DNA of 63,077 nt, counting the filler, from Octopus bimaculoides (Eukaryota), in NCBI RefSeq assembly GCF_001194135.2. It is 6 parts of 6 records of this genome, joined end to end, with 100 filler letters (N's around TTAATTAATTAA, not from the genome) between each part and the next. Parts side by side here need not be neighbours in the genome. Positions count along the whole stretch, not along the records: positions 49,069 to 60,746 come from NC_069004.1; positions 60,847 to 63,077 come from NC_068986.1; 4 more parts are not named here. One strand, given 5' to 3'. Every line of letters starts with the position of its first letter. The stretch's first letter is position 1. Both the position numbers and the translations under genes were made by a program. The notes under the pieces were generated by a model, which was not told where the DNA came from, searched no databases, and saw only the letters and a list, made by a program, of their open reading frames with translations. Shown piece by piece: positions 51,453 to 63,077 of the stretch.

Positions 51453-51987
51453 GATATATATATATATATATATATATACATGCACAAACATGCATATATA
51501 TACACAGATTTGCATGCGTGGTGATTTTAATAGTGAAAGCAGTAGTTATGATGACGGTGGTTGTGGTGGTTGTGGTGGTGGTGACGTTATGTGCTGGGGA
51601 TATTCCCTGCGAAGGAAGTATTCTCGGGAAGCTGACCGAGAAGCTTGGATCATTCACACTGTGGCAATCCTTTTTCACGTCCTCCGTCATGGATGGCCTT
51701 TACTGATGTCAAGCGAAGCAGCGGTGCCTTGCCAACCTCTTCCATTCTCTCCTCTCCTGCATTCCTTCTTGAAGAAGTCAAGAGGAAGACGTACATGCTT
51801 GACCTCACTAATCCTAATCCTGACCTTAATACTGATGCAGGCCACGGCACTCGGTCACTTCACTGGTCAGTGACCTTACCACTAATGACACATACAACAA
51901 TAATGACAATAGCAGCAGCAGCAGCAACATGAACAGCAACTACAACAGCAAGAATTTCAACAAGAACAACAATATCAATGCTAATAT

Positions 51988-52390
51988 TGGTTTCAAATTT
52001 TGGCACCAGGCCAGCACTTTTGAGGGAGGGGGCCAAATAGATTACAACGACCCCCAGTGCGTAACTGGTCCTTATTTTATCGACCCTGAAAGGATGAAAG
52101 GCAAAACTGACCATGGCAGAATTTGAACTCAGGATGAAGAGACAGACGAAAGAAGCCATTATACATCTTGTCCAAGATGTTAAGAAATTCTGCCAGCTCC
52201 CTTCCTTAATATTGATTTCAAATTTTTGCGCAAGGCCAGCAATTTCGTTTACATTGACCCCAGTGCTCAACTGGTCCTTATTTTATTGAACCCCAAAAGG
52301 ATGAAAGACAAAGTCGAACTCAGCAGAATTTGAACTCAGAACACAGCATTTTGCCCAGCATGGTTAACAATGGTGCCAACTTGCTTCCTT
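51988..52390 (-). mobile_element. Two tandem family B SINEs
   Basis: Two successive reverse complement cores. Confidence 0.8.
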
Positions 52391-52635
52391 CCTTCAAAAA
52401 AGGGGTCAGCAAGCTGCTAGAGGGAATTCATTCTGGTACCCTTCAAATTCTAGCGAAGCACCCTGTACCATTAAGATAAGAGACCCCTGACAATCAGCAC
52501 CAATATTAACAAGTTCAACAACAACAACAACAACAACAACAAGAAAAAGAACAATGACAACAATAAAATGACCACCAACACCAACACCACCACTGCCATT
52601 AGCATCACCACCACCACCACCACCACCACCACCAC

Positions 52636-52891
52636 CTTCATAATATATAAAACTCCCAAGAACAAGAGTTAAAAATATAAATTTAAATTTTCCAAGATAT
52701 CTGAGAATTTTCTGGAAGTATTTTCCAACGAATTAAGACACGCATCTCCGTTATTATGTATTTCCTGTGACAAGCCTCCACTGATGTCTGACAATTGGAA
52801 CGAATTGGGGTCAATGGCCGGATCAACAAGTTTCGACAGATTTACTGATGTCATTTAAAATCCATTGATCAACAAAACCAAGGACGGTTCT
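52636..52891 (-). pseudogene. Diverged duplicate copy 1 (frameshifted) of an unidentified exon-like sequence
   Basis: Shares DISKSV / IDPN / GLSQEIHN / CLNSLEN / GSFIYYE with copy 2, but the middle block is out of frame. Confidence 0.4.
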
Positions 52892-53511
52892 CTTTTGAAC
52901 GTTTATTTTTAAACTTTCTGTTACTCTTAAGACTTTGAGGATGGAGACAAGAAAAGGAAAAATATTTCACTGAAATATTCTTTGTTTCTTTTTTTTTTTT
53001 TTTTTTTTTACTGGTGAAATAAAAAGTTGAAGATGTTTTGTCCAAGACAAAAGACTACAAGAGTTACGTAAGGATGATGTTGCCAGTTTATTTTTCTCTC
53101 TCTCTCAATAACTATCACAATGTTGATGACATCATCGCAATCATCATCATTCTTGTCGATGTAGTCATCATCATTATCATCACCACCACCACCATCATCA
53201 TTGTCGTCATCATCATCATCACAATCTGACCTTCTGCTTTCCATACTGGCATGGTTTGGATACCTCAACAGGATCCGACCCCTTCCAGATGACTGCACTG
53301 AGCTGCAAAAGTTTGCTTTGGCATAAATTATACTGTATATAGCACGTGGTGTTAATCATTGGATTGATGGATGGATGATTCTTAACAATAAGGATGCAGT
53401 TGTTTGATCTTAACTGAGTTACCTACACCTGAATGAATTAAATATATAACTGGCTGAATATTCCACAGAACCATGTGCCCTCAATATCTTTTACACAACC
53501 ACCTCCATCAC

Positions 53512-53749
53512 CTTCATAATATATAAAACTACCAACAATTGGAGTTATAAATTTAAATTTAAATTTCCAAAAAATCCAAGAATTTTCCAGAGAAATAAGA
53601 CAACAGTCTCTGTAATTATGTATTTCCTGTGACAAGCCTGCATTAATGTCCAACAAATAAATTAGATTGAGGTCAATCACCAGACAACAGATCAAGACAG
53701 ATTTACTGACGTCCTTTAAAAGCTGCTGACCAAATAAAGTGACTCTCCT
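53512..53749 (-). other. Diverged duplicate copy 2 (open frame, 79 codons), candidate exon
   Basis: aaag|[18 protein letters not shown]...GLSQEIHN...GSFIYYE G|gtgatg. The acceptor is weak. Confidence 0.35.
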
Positions 53750-53784
53750 CTTTAAATCACACATGCTCACACGTACAAATCATA

Positions 53785-54022
53785 TGTGTATATATATATG
53801 TATATATATATGTATATATATATGTATATATATATGTGTATATATATATGTGTATATATATATGTGTATATATATATGTATATATATATGTATATATATA
53901 TGTATATATATATGTATATATATATATGTATATATATATGTATATATATATGTATATATATATGTATATATATATGTATATATATATGTATATATATATA
54001 TGTATATATATATGTATATATA
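53785..54022. repeat. (AT)nGT compound micro/minisatellite
   Basis: Repeated ATATATATGT-like units. Source of the YI-rich ORFs. Confidence 0.95.
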
Positions 54023-54075
54023 TTGTGTTGTATTTGGAGAGAGTCATTGCCTTTCAGTGCTTTATTATTTTAAAC

Positions 54076-54214
54076 ACTCACCGGTAAAGTTTCCACTCGT
54101 TGACTTATTTATTTTTCCTAAAACTTTTGTTGCGTCTTACAACCTTTTCAATAGATGAAACAAAAATTTTACGAAAAATAAATAAGTCAATGAGTGAAAA
54201 CTTTACCGGTGAGT
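54076..54214. mobile_element. Palindromic MITE
   Basis: TIRs ACTCACCGGTAAAGTTTCCACTCGTTGACTTATTTATTTTT and revcomp ACTCACCGGTAAAGTTTTCACTCATTGACTTATTTATTTTT, with pairing continuing almost to the centre. Confidence 0.88.
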
Positions 54215-54305
54215 AATGATGATGATGATATAGAATTGCTATTATGCAAAAGTGTTGTAAGTCCAAAACGTTGCTTTTTCAGAAAACAAAAAAAAATAGT
54301 CTCAC

Positions 54306-54402
54306 CATTCCATAGTAAAACTGTTGTACTACACTTTGACAATTTTTGATATCTTGGCATCTGAAGCTGCTGGAGATACGATAGTTTGACCCAAAGAACC
54401 GG
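54306..54402 (-). other. Candidate 97-nt exon
   Basis: tatttttgcttgcaatag| acceptor and ATG|gtgaga donor. Open in two frames, for example RFFGSNYRISSSFRCQDIKNCQSVVQQFYYGM. Confidence 0.25.
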
Positions 54403-54599
54403 CTATTGCAAGCAAAAATAAATATCGAAAAAGATACATTTGGCCAAATTTGGACATATGACAGTTTAACATAATAGCAACGATATATATATATGTATAT
54501 GTGTATGTGTATATATATATATATATAATAAAAATAAGCAACAAGGATATCCAGCGGTAATGCAGTACTATCGTTTCATGCAACTCCATTTAATTGAAC

Positions 54600-55081
54600 A
54601 ATGCAATAGTTGCATCAATTTAAATGCAAAGCAATCCTCAGCTCTGCCATAGTAACAAAGCTGTTCTGGGACTGACATCAATTTGCTCTGCAATGTCAGA
54701 GGACTTGCAATGAGGATTATCCTCCTCACTTCTCTTAGCAAAGAGAAGGATTCTGTCAGAGGGCCCAGGTTGATCTGGGCAAGGTAATGTGAACTCCTTC
54801 CCCTCTTTGGTGAATTGCACAATCACCCTATTAACTGTAGAAAGTGGGATCCCAAGGTTTTCTGCAATTTTATGCTATGTCCATCTTCAGAATGACCCAC
54901 AATATGACCTCTGTGTAATTCAGACAGTTCCAAGGCTTTTCTTGTACCTGGCATGATTACACAGTCACATATAGAACCTGAAACATAAAAATGTCAATTA
55001 ATAAAAAAATATAAACCTTTATAAGTAGAATAAACATAAAATGATGTTCTATGAGGTGTCTATTTACTTCTGTCAAGTCCG
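54600..55081 (-). mobile_element. Tc1-like transposon 5' fragment
   Basis: From the ATG at 54954: MPGTRKALELSELHRGHIVG...[20 protein letters not shown] (paired-like HTH). Terminus TA|CGGACTTGACAGAAGTAAATAGACACC on the minus strand. Confidence 0.85.
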
Positions 55082-55511
55082 TATATATACATTTATATAC
55101 AGACTGTATATATNNNNNNNNNNNNNNNNNNNNNNNNNNNNNNNNNNNNNNNNNNNNNNNNNNNNNNNNNNNNNNNNNNNNNNNNNNNNNNNNNNNNNNN
55201 NNNNNNNNNNNNNNNNNNNNNNNNNNNNNNNNNNNNNNNNNNNNNNNNNNNNNNNNNNNNNNNNNNNNNNNNNNNNNNNNNNNNNNNNNNNNNNNNNNNN
55301 NNNNNNNNNNNNNNNNNNNNNNNNNNNNNNNNNNNNNNNNNNNNNNNNNNNNNNNNNNNNNNNNNNNNNNNNNNNNNNNNNNNNNNNNNNNNNNNNNNNN
55401 NNNNNNNNNNNNNNNNNNNNNNNNNNNNNNNNNNNNNNNNNNNNNNNNNNNNNNNNNNNNNNNNNNNNNNNNNNNNNNNNNNNNNNNNNNNNNNNNNNNN
55501 NNNNNNNNNNN

Positions 55512-55810
55512 GATCACGGTTTCAATTCCCAGATCAGGCGTTGTGAGTGTTTATTGAGCGAAAACACCTAAATCTCCACGAGGCTCTGGCAGGGGGTGGT
55601 GGCAAACCCTGCTGTATTTTTTCACCACAACTTTCTCTCACTCTTACTTCCTGTTTCTGTTGTGCTTGTAATTCAAAGGGTCAACCTTGTCACACTCTGT
55701 GGCACTCTGAATCTCCCTGAGAACTATGTTAAGTGTACACGTGTCTGTGGAGTGCTCAGCCACTTGCACGTTAATTTCACGAGCAGGCTGTTCCATTGAT
55801 GGAACTGGTG
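55512..55810 (+). mobile_element. SINE sharing the family C 3' half but with a different 5' half
   Basis: Similar to 23270-23570 only from TGTAATTCAAAGGG onward. Confidence 0.75.
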
Positions 55811-58584
55811 AACTAATATTGACACAATATTCAACCCTTATAGCATTTAAACTGACCATGTCCAGCCAAAATATTCTGCATGCTTTTAATATTCAAATTG
55901 GCCAGATTCAGCCTTTCACATCTGCCCCAGCGAGCTGGCAGAATCGTTAGCACGCCAGGCAAAATGCATGATTAATTCAAAACAAAGTGGATAAACAAGA
56001 ATTACATTTAACAAAGTAATCTGAATGCTAAATCATTAATAAATATCTTATCGATTGATATTCACATGATAAGTCATCGATAATATTTTTAATAATATCA
56101 ATACTGGCATTCATAAGATAAATAATTGGTAATTTATCCAACAATTTCATGTTTAGATTTGTTTGATAAAGAATCCACCAAATGTTTCAATATTGATTTT
56201 TAAACAATAAATTCATAATATTTTATCAAATGCCTACCACTGAAAGTGGTACGACAGATGGATAAATTCTCAAACGTTTAATATTAATACGACAAATGAT
56301 TTTAAGTGGGATGTTAATTCTCTGTCTGCTTTGAGATAATTTAATTTTTCTCAATTGACCTCAAACGTCAAATTCAAGGGAGATTATTCATCGTACTACA
56401 TCAGAGTTATGTCCCTTATCAATCTAGTCTTTCGTTCGCGATAATGACGAGCTTTATATTTTGCTTTAAACATCTCTATTAAGGTCATACTGGAGCACTA
56501 CCATCGCGTGTTATTTATATGTGTCTGCTGAGTCGACTAGAGGCGTTGCAGTACCGTCCGACCTGCTAGAAATCGCGACCAAATAACTCTCTGAAATCTT
56601 CTCAAAAAGAAATATAATAAAATATGAAATGTTAATTTGTAACTTAAAACGTAAATTGATTAATTAATAAACACTACTCGAGGAGAAAAGAAATAAAAAA
56701 TACGAAGGGAAATCAACGAATAACAGAAAAAATACAAGCAAAAACCATGTCGATGTTAAAAAAATAGGAAATTTAGCGCCAGATTAAGAAAATTATGGAT
56801 GTATATATGTGCGTGCGAGTGTGCTGGCGAATCTACACGCACACACACACACATTTGGCATTTCTGTGAGGTAAGAAGCTTGTTTCCTAACCACATGGTT
56901 CCAGGTTCAGTCTCACTGCGTGGTGCCTTGAGTATGTGTTTGATACAACAATGGTTTTCCATCATTTAGAATTTACTCTGCTACTTCCTTGCATCCTCAC
57001 CAAGCTTACCCTCATGGCACAGGGTCTACCCTTAGGCAGTGGCCCTGGTTCGTATTGACACTAGGGTATGTCTAGATAGTGGTGAGCCTGTGTGATACAT
57101 GTCGAGGGACCAGCCTTTCTCTGAGTCCTGTCTGCTTTAATAGCAGGACTGTCTTTTACTGTTTGAGACCCTTAATTGGGGCTCTTGATGAATTCTACCA
57201 CACAGGGCCAGATAGGACCTGGAAGTAGTGATGCCTAAGGAGTAACTCCAAAATCCCTAAAACTCCTGAACTCCCAAGCTGGAGCTTCACCATCATATGT
57301 CATTTGATGCCTTGCCCAGAACATTTATTGATAACACAACTGAGAGTAAAACATCCGAAGGGAGCATTCATTGTATTAATCAAAAATAAGGACGGATCCC
57401 TTGTAGCTAATCCAATGAGTTGTAGGTCTTGAATTAGCCAAGATTATCTCTATAATTAGTAGGTTAGATTACACAATGAAGTTTATTTAATTGACTCTCA
57501 CTTCCACTCTTATTGACTAATCAATGACTTAATATCTGGTTAATATTAAAGATATATATATGTATGTATATGTGTGTATGTGTGAGACAGATCGATTTTT
57601 ATTTAATCAACTCTTCCCCCTCCTTCTCGTTCTCCTCCCCCTACACAGAAGTACCTAGTAATAAACCATTGATAGATTTAGGTAATTAGCTGGTGGGATA
57701 GTGGAGTGGTGGTGGGGATGTCATTATCATCATCAACAACAACAGTAGCTCTAAGTTTCATAGCATTTTTCAGTCTTAATTGTTGTAGTTATAGAGGTAG
57801 CAGTAGCAGTGGTTTCTCTTGTAAGTTTAGTAGTAGCAGGAGGAGCAGCAGCAGTAGTAGTGGTGGTAGTTGTTATTGTTTTTGCTCAAATGCCTTCCAG
57901 CTATGACCATCACATCTCCTATTTGCAAGGAGCCCAGCATCTCGTTATCCTCACGTCCACTTCTAAACCAGTTTGGATATGATTTAAGGGGGGATTTGGC
58001 TGCTATTTCCTCTAGGTCAAATGACCACATAGAAACACACCCTTTTCACAAGGTTGGCAAGTAGCAGAAGTAGTAGTAGTAGTAGTGGTGGTGGTGGTAG
58101 TAGCAACAGCATCAGTAGTAGTAGTAGTAGTAGTAGTGGAAGTATGTTCATTTCCAGATACTTCTTCAAGTGACAAAACAAGCAGAAATCAATGAAAGAC
58201 TTGAGCCACACAATGGTGGCCAAAGCACAAGGCCAGCAGCATTGGTCAAGCTTTCTTTGACTAAAAATCTTTTATTTTGGGGTGAGTTGGAACAGGTTTG
58301 GTAGGTTTGTCTTATCATCACCATCATCATCATCGTTGTTACATCATCATTTCATGCCTGCTTTTCCATGCTCGTATTTGTGAAATTCACTGAGCCAGAT
58401 TTTTCTATAGCCGGGGTGCCCTTCCTGTCACCAACCCTCACCTGTTTCCAATGAAGGTAATACTTAGCCCCTCCCCACCACCATGGCCAGACACACTATT
58501 CATGGAAGACTGGAAATCAACAACATTGCTTGTATGACAGACATTCATTCACAACCATCACACAGACACACAGACGTTGTATCT

Positions 58585-58985
58585 TTCATTTGTTTCAGTA
58601 ATTAGACTGAGGCCATGCTGGGGCACTGCTTTGAAAACTTTTAGCTGAATGAATCGGCCCCAATGATTGTTCTTTTGTTAAGTTTGGTACTTATTCTATC
58701 AATCTCTTTTGCTGAACCACTAAGTTACGGGGATGTAAACACACCAACACTGGTTGTCAAGTGGTGGTGGGGGACAAACAGACATACACACATAAATATA
58801 ATAGACACACGCACACACACATATATATATATATGCATACACGATAGGCTTCTTTCAGTTTCTGACTACCAAATCCACACACAAGGCCCAAGGTAGTAGA
58901 AAACATTTGCTCAAGGAGTCATGCAGTGGGATTGAACCCAGAACCATGTTGTTGGAAAGCAAGCTTCTTACTATACAGCCATGTC
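58585..58985 (-). mobile_element. SINE family A
   Basis: Nearly full-length reverse complement copy. Confidence 0.85.
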
Positions 58986-59154
58986 TGCATGACAAGCTTC
59001 TTTCAGTTTCCCTCTATTATAGGTAAAGAAACTTGCCCATAATATTTGATGCTTCTCTCAGATAATGAATCACAACAAATGGAAAAATATCCTCAGTTGT
59101 TTGTTGTTGTTGCCTGGGTGTCTGAAGTTGAGATATGTCCTGTTCCGTTGCTTT

Positions 59155-59521
59155 TTAAACCCTGGATGAAAAGCAAAGTCAACTTCAGCAGAATTTGAAC
59201 TCAGAATGTAAAGATGGATGAAATGCCTCTAAGCATTTTGCCTGGTACACTAACGATCCTACCATCTCACTGCCTGAATAATAATAATAATAATAATAAT
59301 GCTTTCTACTATAGGCACAAGGCCTGAAATTTGACAGGAGAGGGGCTAATTGATAACAGTGACCCCAGTGCTTAATTGGTATTTATTTTTATTGACCCCG
59401 AAAAGATGAAAGGCAAAGTTGACCTCGGTGAAATTTGAACTCAGAACATAAAAACAGATGAAAGGCTACTAAGCGTTTTACCCAGCAGGCTAACAATTCT
59501 GCCAGCTTAATAATAATAACA

Positions 59522-59563
<42 letters not shown>

Positions 59564-59680
59564 GTTTCCAGTTTTGTCATAAAAGCAGCAGTTTTTAGGG
59601 AGGGGGATGAGTTGATTTCACCGACCCCAGTGCATAACTGGTACTTAATTTATCGACCCTGAAAGGATGAAAGGCACAGA
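59155..59680 (-). mobile_element. Three successive family B SINE copies separated by (AAT)n
   Basis: Cores at about 59155-59275, 59300-59510 and 59565-59680. Confidence 0.85.
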
Positions 59681-59924
59681 TGCAAAACCAAGAGTTCTTC
59701 TGTGAGAAGTGCACAGCTTAATCTGTGCCGTGTATACCAAACAGAGGAGTGTGTTGTGATTAAATTAAGCATAATCTCTGCTGTGTGTGCCAAACGAAGA
59801 GCTGTGTGGAGATTGAATTAAGCTTCAAAGTGACCGTTTTTCTGTAAAGATGGTTGCGGCTTTTTTTTGTTATTTTGATGAAAGCGGAGTCTCTTTCACT
59901 TCAGATGTCTGTCGTGTTTCGTCT

Positions 59925-60210
59925 TTTACTTGTTTCACTCAATTGAATGTGGTCATGCTGGCGACACTGCCTTGAAGAAATTTTAGTCAAATGAATCAGG
60001 CCCAGTGCTTATTTTTGTTTGTTTCTTTTAAGCCTGGAACATATTCTATTGGTCTCTTTTGCTGCACTGCTATGTTACACACCAACGCCGATTGTCAAGC
60101 TGTGGCAAGGGACAAACAGACACTCACAAGACTTTGGTTGGCCTTAGGCTAAGTGCCGCACAGAGGAACTGAACCTGAAACTATGTGGTTGGGAAGCAAA
60201 CTTCTTACCA
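59925..60210 (-). mobile_element. SINE family A, internally deleted
   Basis: Tail and head are recognisable in reverse complement. Confidence 0.75.
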
Positions 60211-60492
60211 AAAAAAAAAAAAATTTTCAATTTCCTTGAAAGAACAATAAATATAAACAACAATAAAATAAGAGATCAAACAAACTTTGTAAACTGGAGT
60301 AGATAAAGACAGAGAAAATTTTATTACAGGTTAATTTGTGAATTACACAAATAAATGGTTTGTGTTCTTTGTGCTTACCAAACTGAACACTGGTTATTGT
60401 TTTTTTTGCATTTTGGATAAGGATTTTGAATCTTTTTTTATTGTGTGTGTATGTATGTATATATATATGTATCATGTGTGAGTGAGTGTGTC

Positions 60493-60548
<56 letters not shown>

Positions 60549-61074
60549 ATGTATGTATAATTTTTTTTTTGGTTGGCTTACATTGAGCCATAAACTTTAT
60601 TAACAACAACAACAGCAACAACAAATAGCCAGGAATCAACCACTGTGTGACCCCCCCTTCTTCTCCCTCACCCAAGAACAGAAGAAAAAAATGGTTTAAA
60701 AAAGAAAAAGAAAAGGAAAAAAATTTAAGCTGAAAAAAATTTTGAANNNNNNNNNNNNNNNNNNNNNNNNNNNNNNNNNNNNNNNNNNNNTTAATTAATT
60801 AANNNNNNNNNNNNNNNNNNNNNNNNNNNNNNNNNNNNNNNNNNNNAATAATAAATTTATACCTTAAACAATTATTAATTTGTCTTCTTTAATTGGTAAT
60901 TAGTTAAAATAAACTATTATTGAATTCTGTTATATAGCCACAACCGTTAAGAACGACGGATTTAGAATGTCTCCCTGCTTATCCCCCCCGCCACCCACCA
61001 TTAGCTGCCTTTAAGGGAGATCACTCTATTGCAAGCATTCGGGTTAAGGTTAGGGTTAGAATAATCGATAGTTT

Positions 61075-61715
61075 CTTTCCTTCCTTCCTTCTTTCCTTCC
61101 TTCAGTTCTCCCCTTCATTTCTTTCTTTCTTTCTGTCTTTCTTTCTTTCTTTTTCCTTCATTCCTTTCCTACCTTCCTTCCGTTCTTCCTCTTTTTTTGT
61201 TTCTGTATTTCATTTTTCTTCCTCTTTCTTTCTTTGTTTTCTTTCTTTCTTTCTTTCTTCCTTCCTTCCTTCCTTCCTTCCTTCCCTCCTTCTTCCTTCC
61301 TTCCTTCCTTCCTTCCTTCCTTCCTTCCNNNNNNNNNNNNNNNNNNNNNNNNNNNNNNNNNNNNNNNNNNNNNNNNNNNNNNNNNNNNNNNNNNNNNNNN
61401 NNNNNNNNNNNNNNNNNNNNNNNNNNNNNNNNNNNNNNNNNNNNNNNNNNNNNNNNNNNNNNNNNNNNNNNNNNNNNNNNNNNNNNNNNNNNNNNNNNNN
61501 NNNNNNNNNNNNNNNNNNNNNNNNNNNNNNNNNNNNNNNNNNNNNNNNNNNNNNNNNNNNNNNNNNNNNNNNNNNNNNNNNNNNNNNNNNNNNNNNNNNN
61601 NNNNNNNNNNNNNNNNNNNNNNTTTCCTTCGTTCCTTCGTTCCTTCGTTCCTTCGTTCGTTCCTTCGTTCCTTCCTTCCTTTCCTTCCTTCCTTCCTTCC
61701 TTCCTTCCTTCCTTC
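61075..61715. repeat. (TTCC)n/(TTTC)n polypyrimidine tract spanning a gap
   Basis: Directly visible. Source of the LPSF and KEGR ORFs. Confidence 0.95.
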
Positions 61716-62306
61716 CGCCCGTCTTAGAGGCTATGAAAAGTGTCACAGCACTATCTTCTTTCCTCAGGAAGGAAAACGAACAAAAGAAAAAAGAAAGAAA
61801 TAATAATAAAATAACTATAAAAAAAATAATTAAAATTCCCTATATTCTCGTTTTAGGAAATAGAGATGGAAGTGGAACAATGAAATCGATCATTAGTATT
61901 TGATTAGTACTTATTTTATCGATCTCAGAATGATTACAGTGAGAAAATTCGAACTCATTTAACTTAATCTTGGCAATTTTGACCGCCACCATACAGATTC
62001 TCTCAGTCTTTCGTTTTTAGTCAACGAACCAATGATGGACGAGGCCCAGTCGTAGTCGTTCAACCTGCTATAGGCAGCGGGTCAATCCTCCTTCAAATCC
62101 CGTTTTCAGAAGTGATGAGAACACGGTGTGCTAGAGGGAAGGGCCGAGAGAGGTGTCATGGTCGGAACGCTTCATAGTCATAGATCTGCCCGATCAGAAA
62201 TAATCGGCGGCAAAACAACAGCAACAACAACAACAACAACAGCAAGAACAGCAACAGCAACAACAGCAGCAGCAGCAGTAATAACAACAACAACAATTAC
62301 ACCCAC

Positions 62307-62500
62307 GGACATATGGCGTAGTGGATAAGAGCGCGGGCTACTAACCCCAAGATACCGCGTTCGATAAAAAAAGAAATGGCATTTCAGCTGTCTCCGTGCT
62401 CTGAGCTCAAACTTAACAGAGTTCAACATTAACCTTCATCCTTTCGTTGTCGATAAAATAAGAACCAGTCTAAAACTGAAGGCGATCTGTGCCAAAATTT
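62307..62500 (+). mobile_element. SINE with tRNA-like head (anticodon loop CT-ACT-AA) joined to a decayed family B body
   Basis: GGACATATGGCGTAGTGGATAAGAGCGCGGGCTACTAACCCCAAGATACCGCGTTCGAT: A-box TGGCGTAGTGG, truncated B-box GTTCGAT, no 3' acceptor strand. Confidence 0.7.
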
Positions 62501-63077
62501 GAAACCATTATTAATTTATTCATTGGCATTGATTATTGATTTCTAACATTAGGTCTGAAGATCGATATCGAACCAGCTTTCGCCCTTTTGCTCGATATGT
62601 GATTTTCATTCACGTTGAGCTGATCTTGCGACTCATGCAGCTCACCCCGCTCAAAATCCCTGACAGATACTCTTCTCGACTAAGGGCTGTTCATCGTATT
62701 TTGAGCAGAGATCAATACGTCCGACGAAAACCTATCACAGTATATTACTGGTACTTTCTTAACGACTCCTGGCGATTGGAACGTAGAATGTAAATAGAAA
62801 GAGGAATGCGAACAAAAATTCGGTCGTAATGGGATTTGAGCTTCGAACTAAAAGAATCAAAACAAATACAGTAAAATATCGATCATCCTACCAATGCTGC
62901 AAATCGAATGTTATCGGGTTTCGATGGTCAATGATAATGACGACCGATTGATCCTCTACGTAATTGTTCAACTTGCAAGAAATTGCTGCTAAATCTTTTT
63001 TTTCAAGACATCTGCCATCTTAAAAAAAGGGCAGATTAAAGGATGAAATCTTGGATGTCTTGTGTAGAAAGATGAGG

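Noticed and set aside
62307-62365. Functional tRNA-Ser(ACT) gene
   Set aside because: It lacks the 3' half of the T arm and the acceptor strand, and runs into a SINE body.

Overview
AT-rich eukaryotic draft-assembly DNA with many N gaps. It is dense in microsatellites and tRNA-derived SINEs. The SINE families look like those of octopus (cephalopod mollusc); this comes from recall and was not checked against a database. No intact host protein-coding gene, rRNA, functional tRNA or CRISPR array can be supported. Most ORFs in the track come from microsatellites, N gaps or antisense transposon sequence. The recognisable content is transposon debris: a hAT element with both ends and an 8-bp TSD, two Tc1 relics, a mariner deletion derivative, a degenerate Merlin/IS1595-type transposase, RTE LINE ends, three Penelope-like (PLE) fragments, three SINE families and several palindromic MITEs. 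The most interesting observations are: (1) minimal hammerhead-ribozyme motifs, twice arranged as outward-facing pairs on opposite strands; (2) a sharp CpG-density boundary at about 31.2 kb beside a strong minus-strand splice donor, suggesting a methylated gene body to the left; (3) a diverged local duplication at 52.6-53.8 kb with exon-like ends and an unidentified product. Repeat boundaries were read by eye and are approximate unless TIRs or TSDs are quoted.
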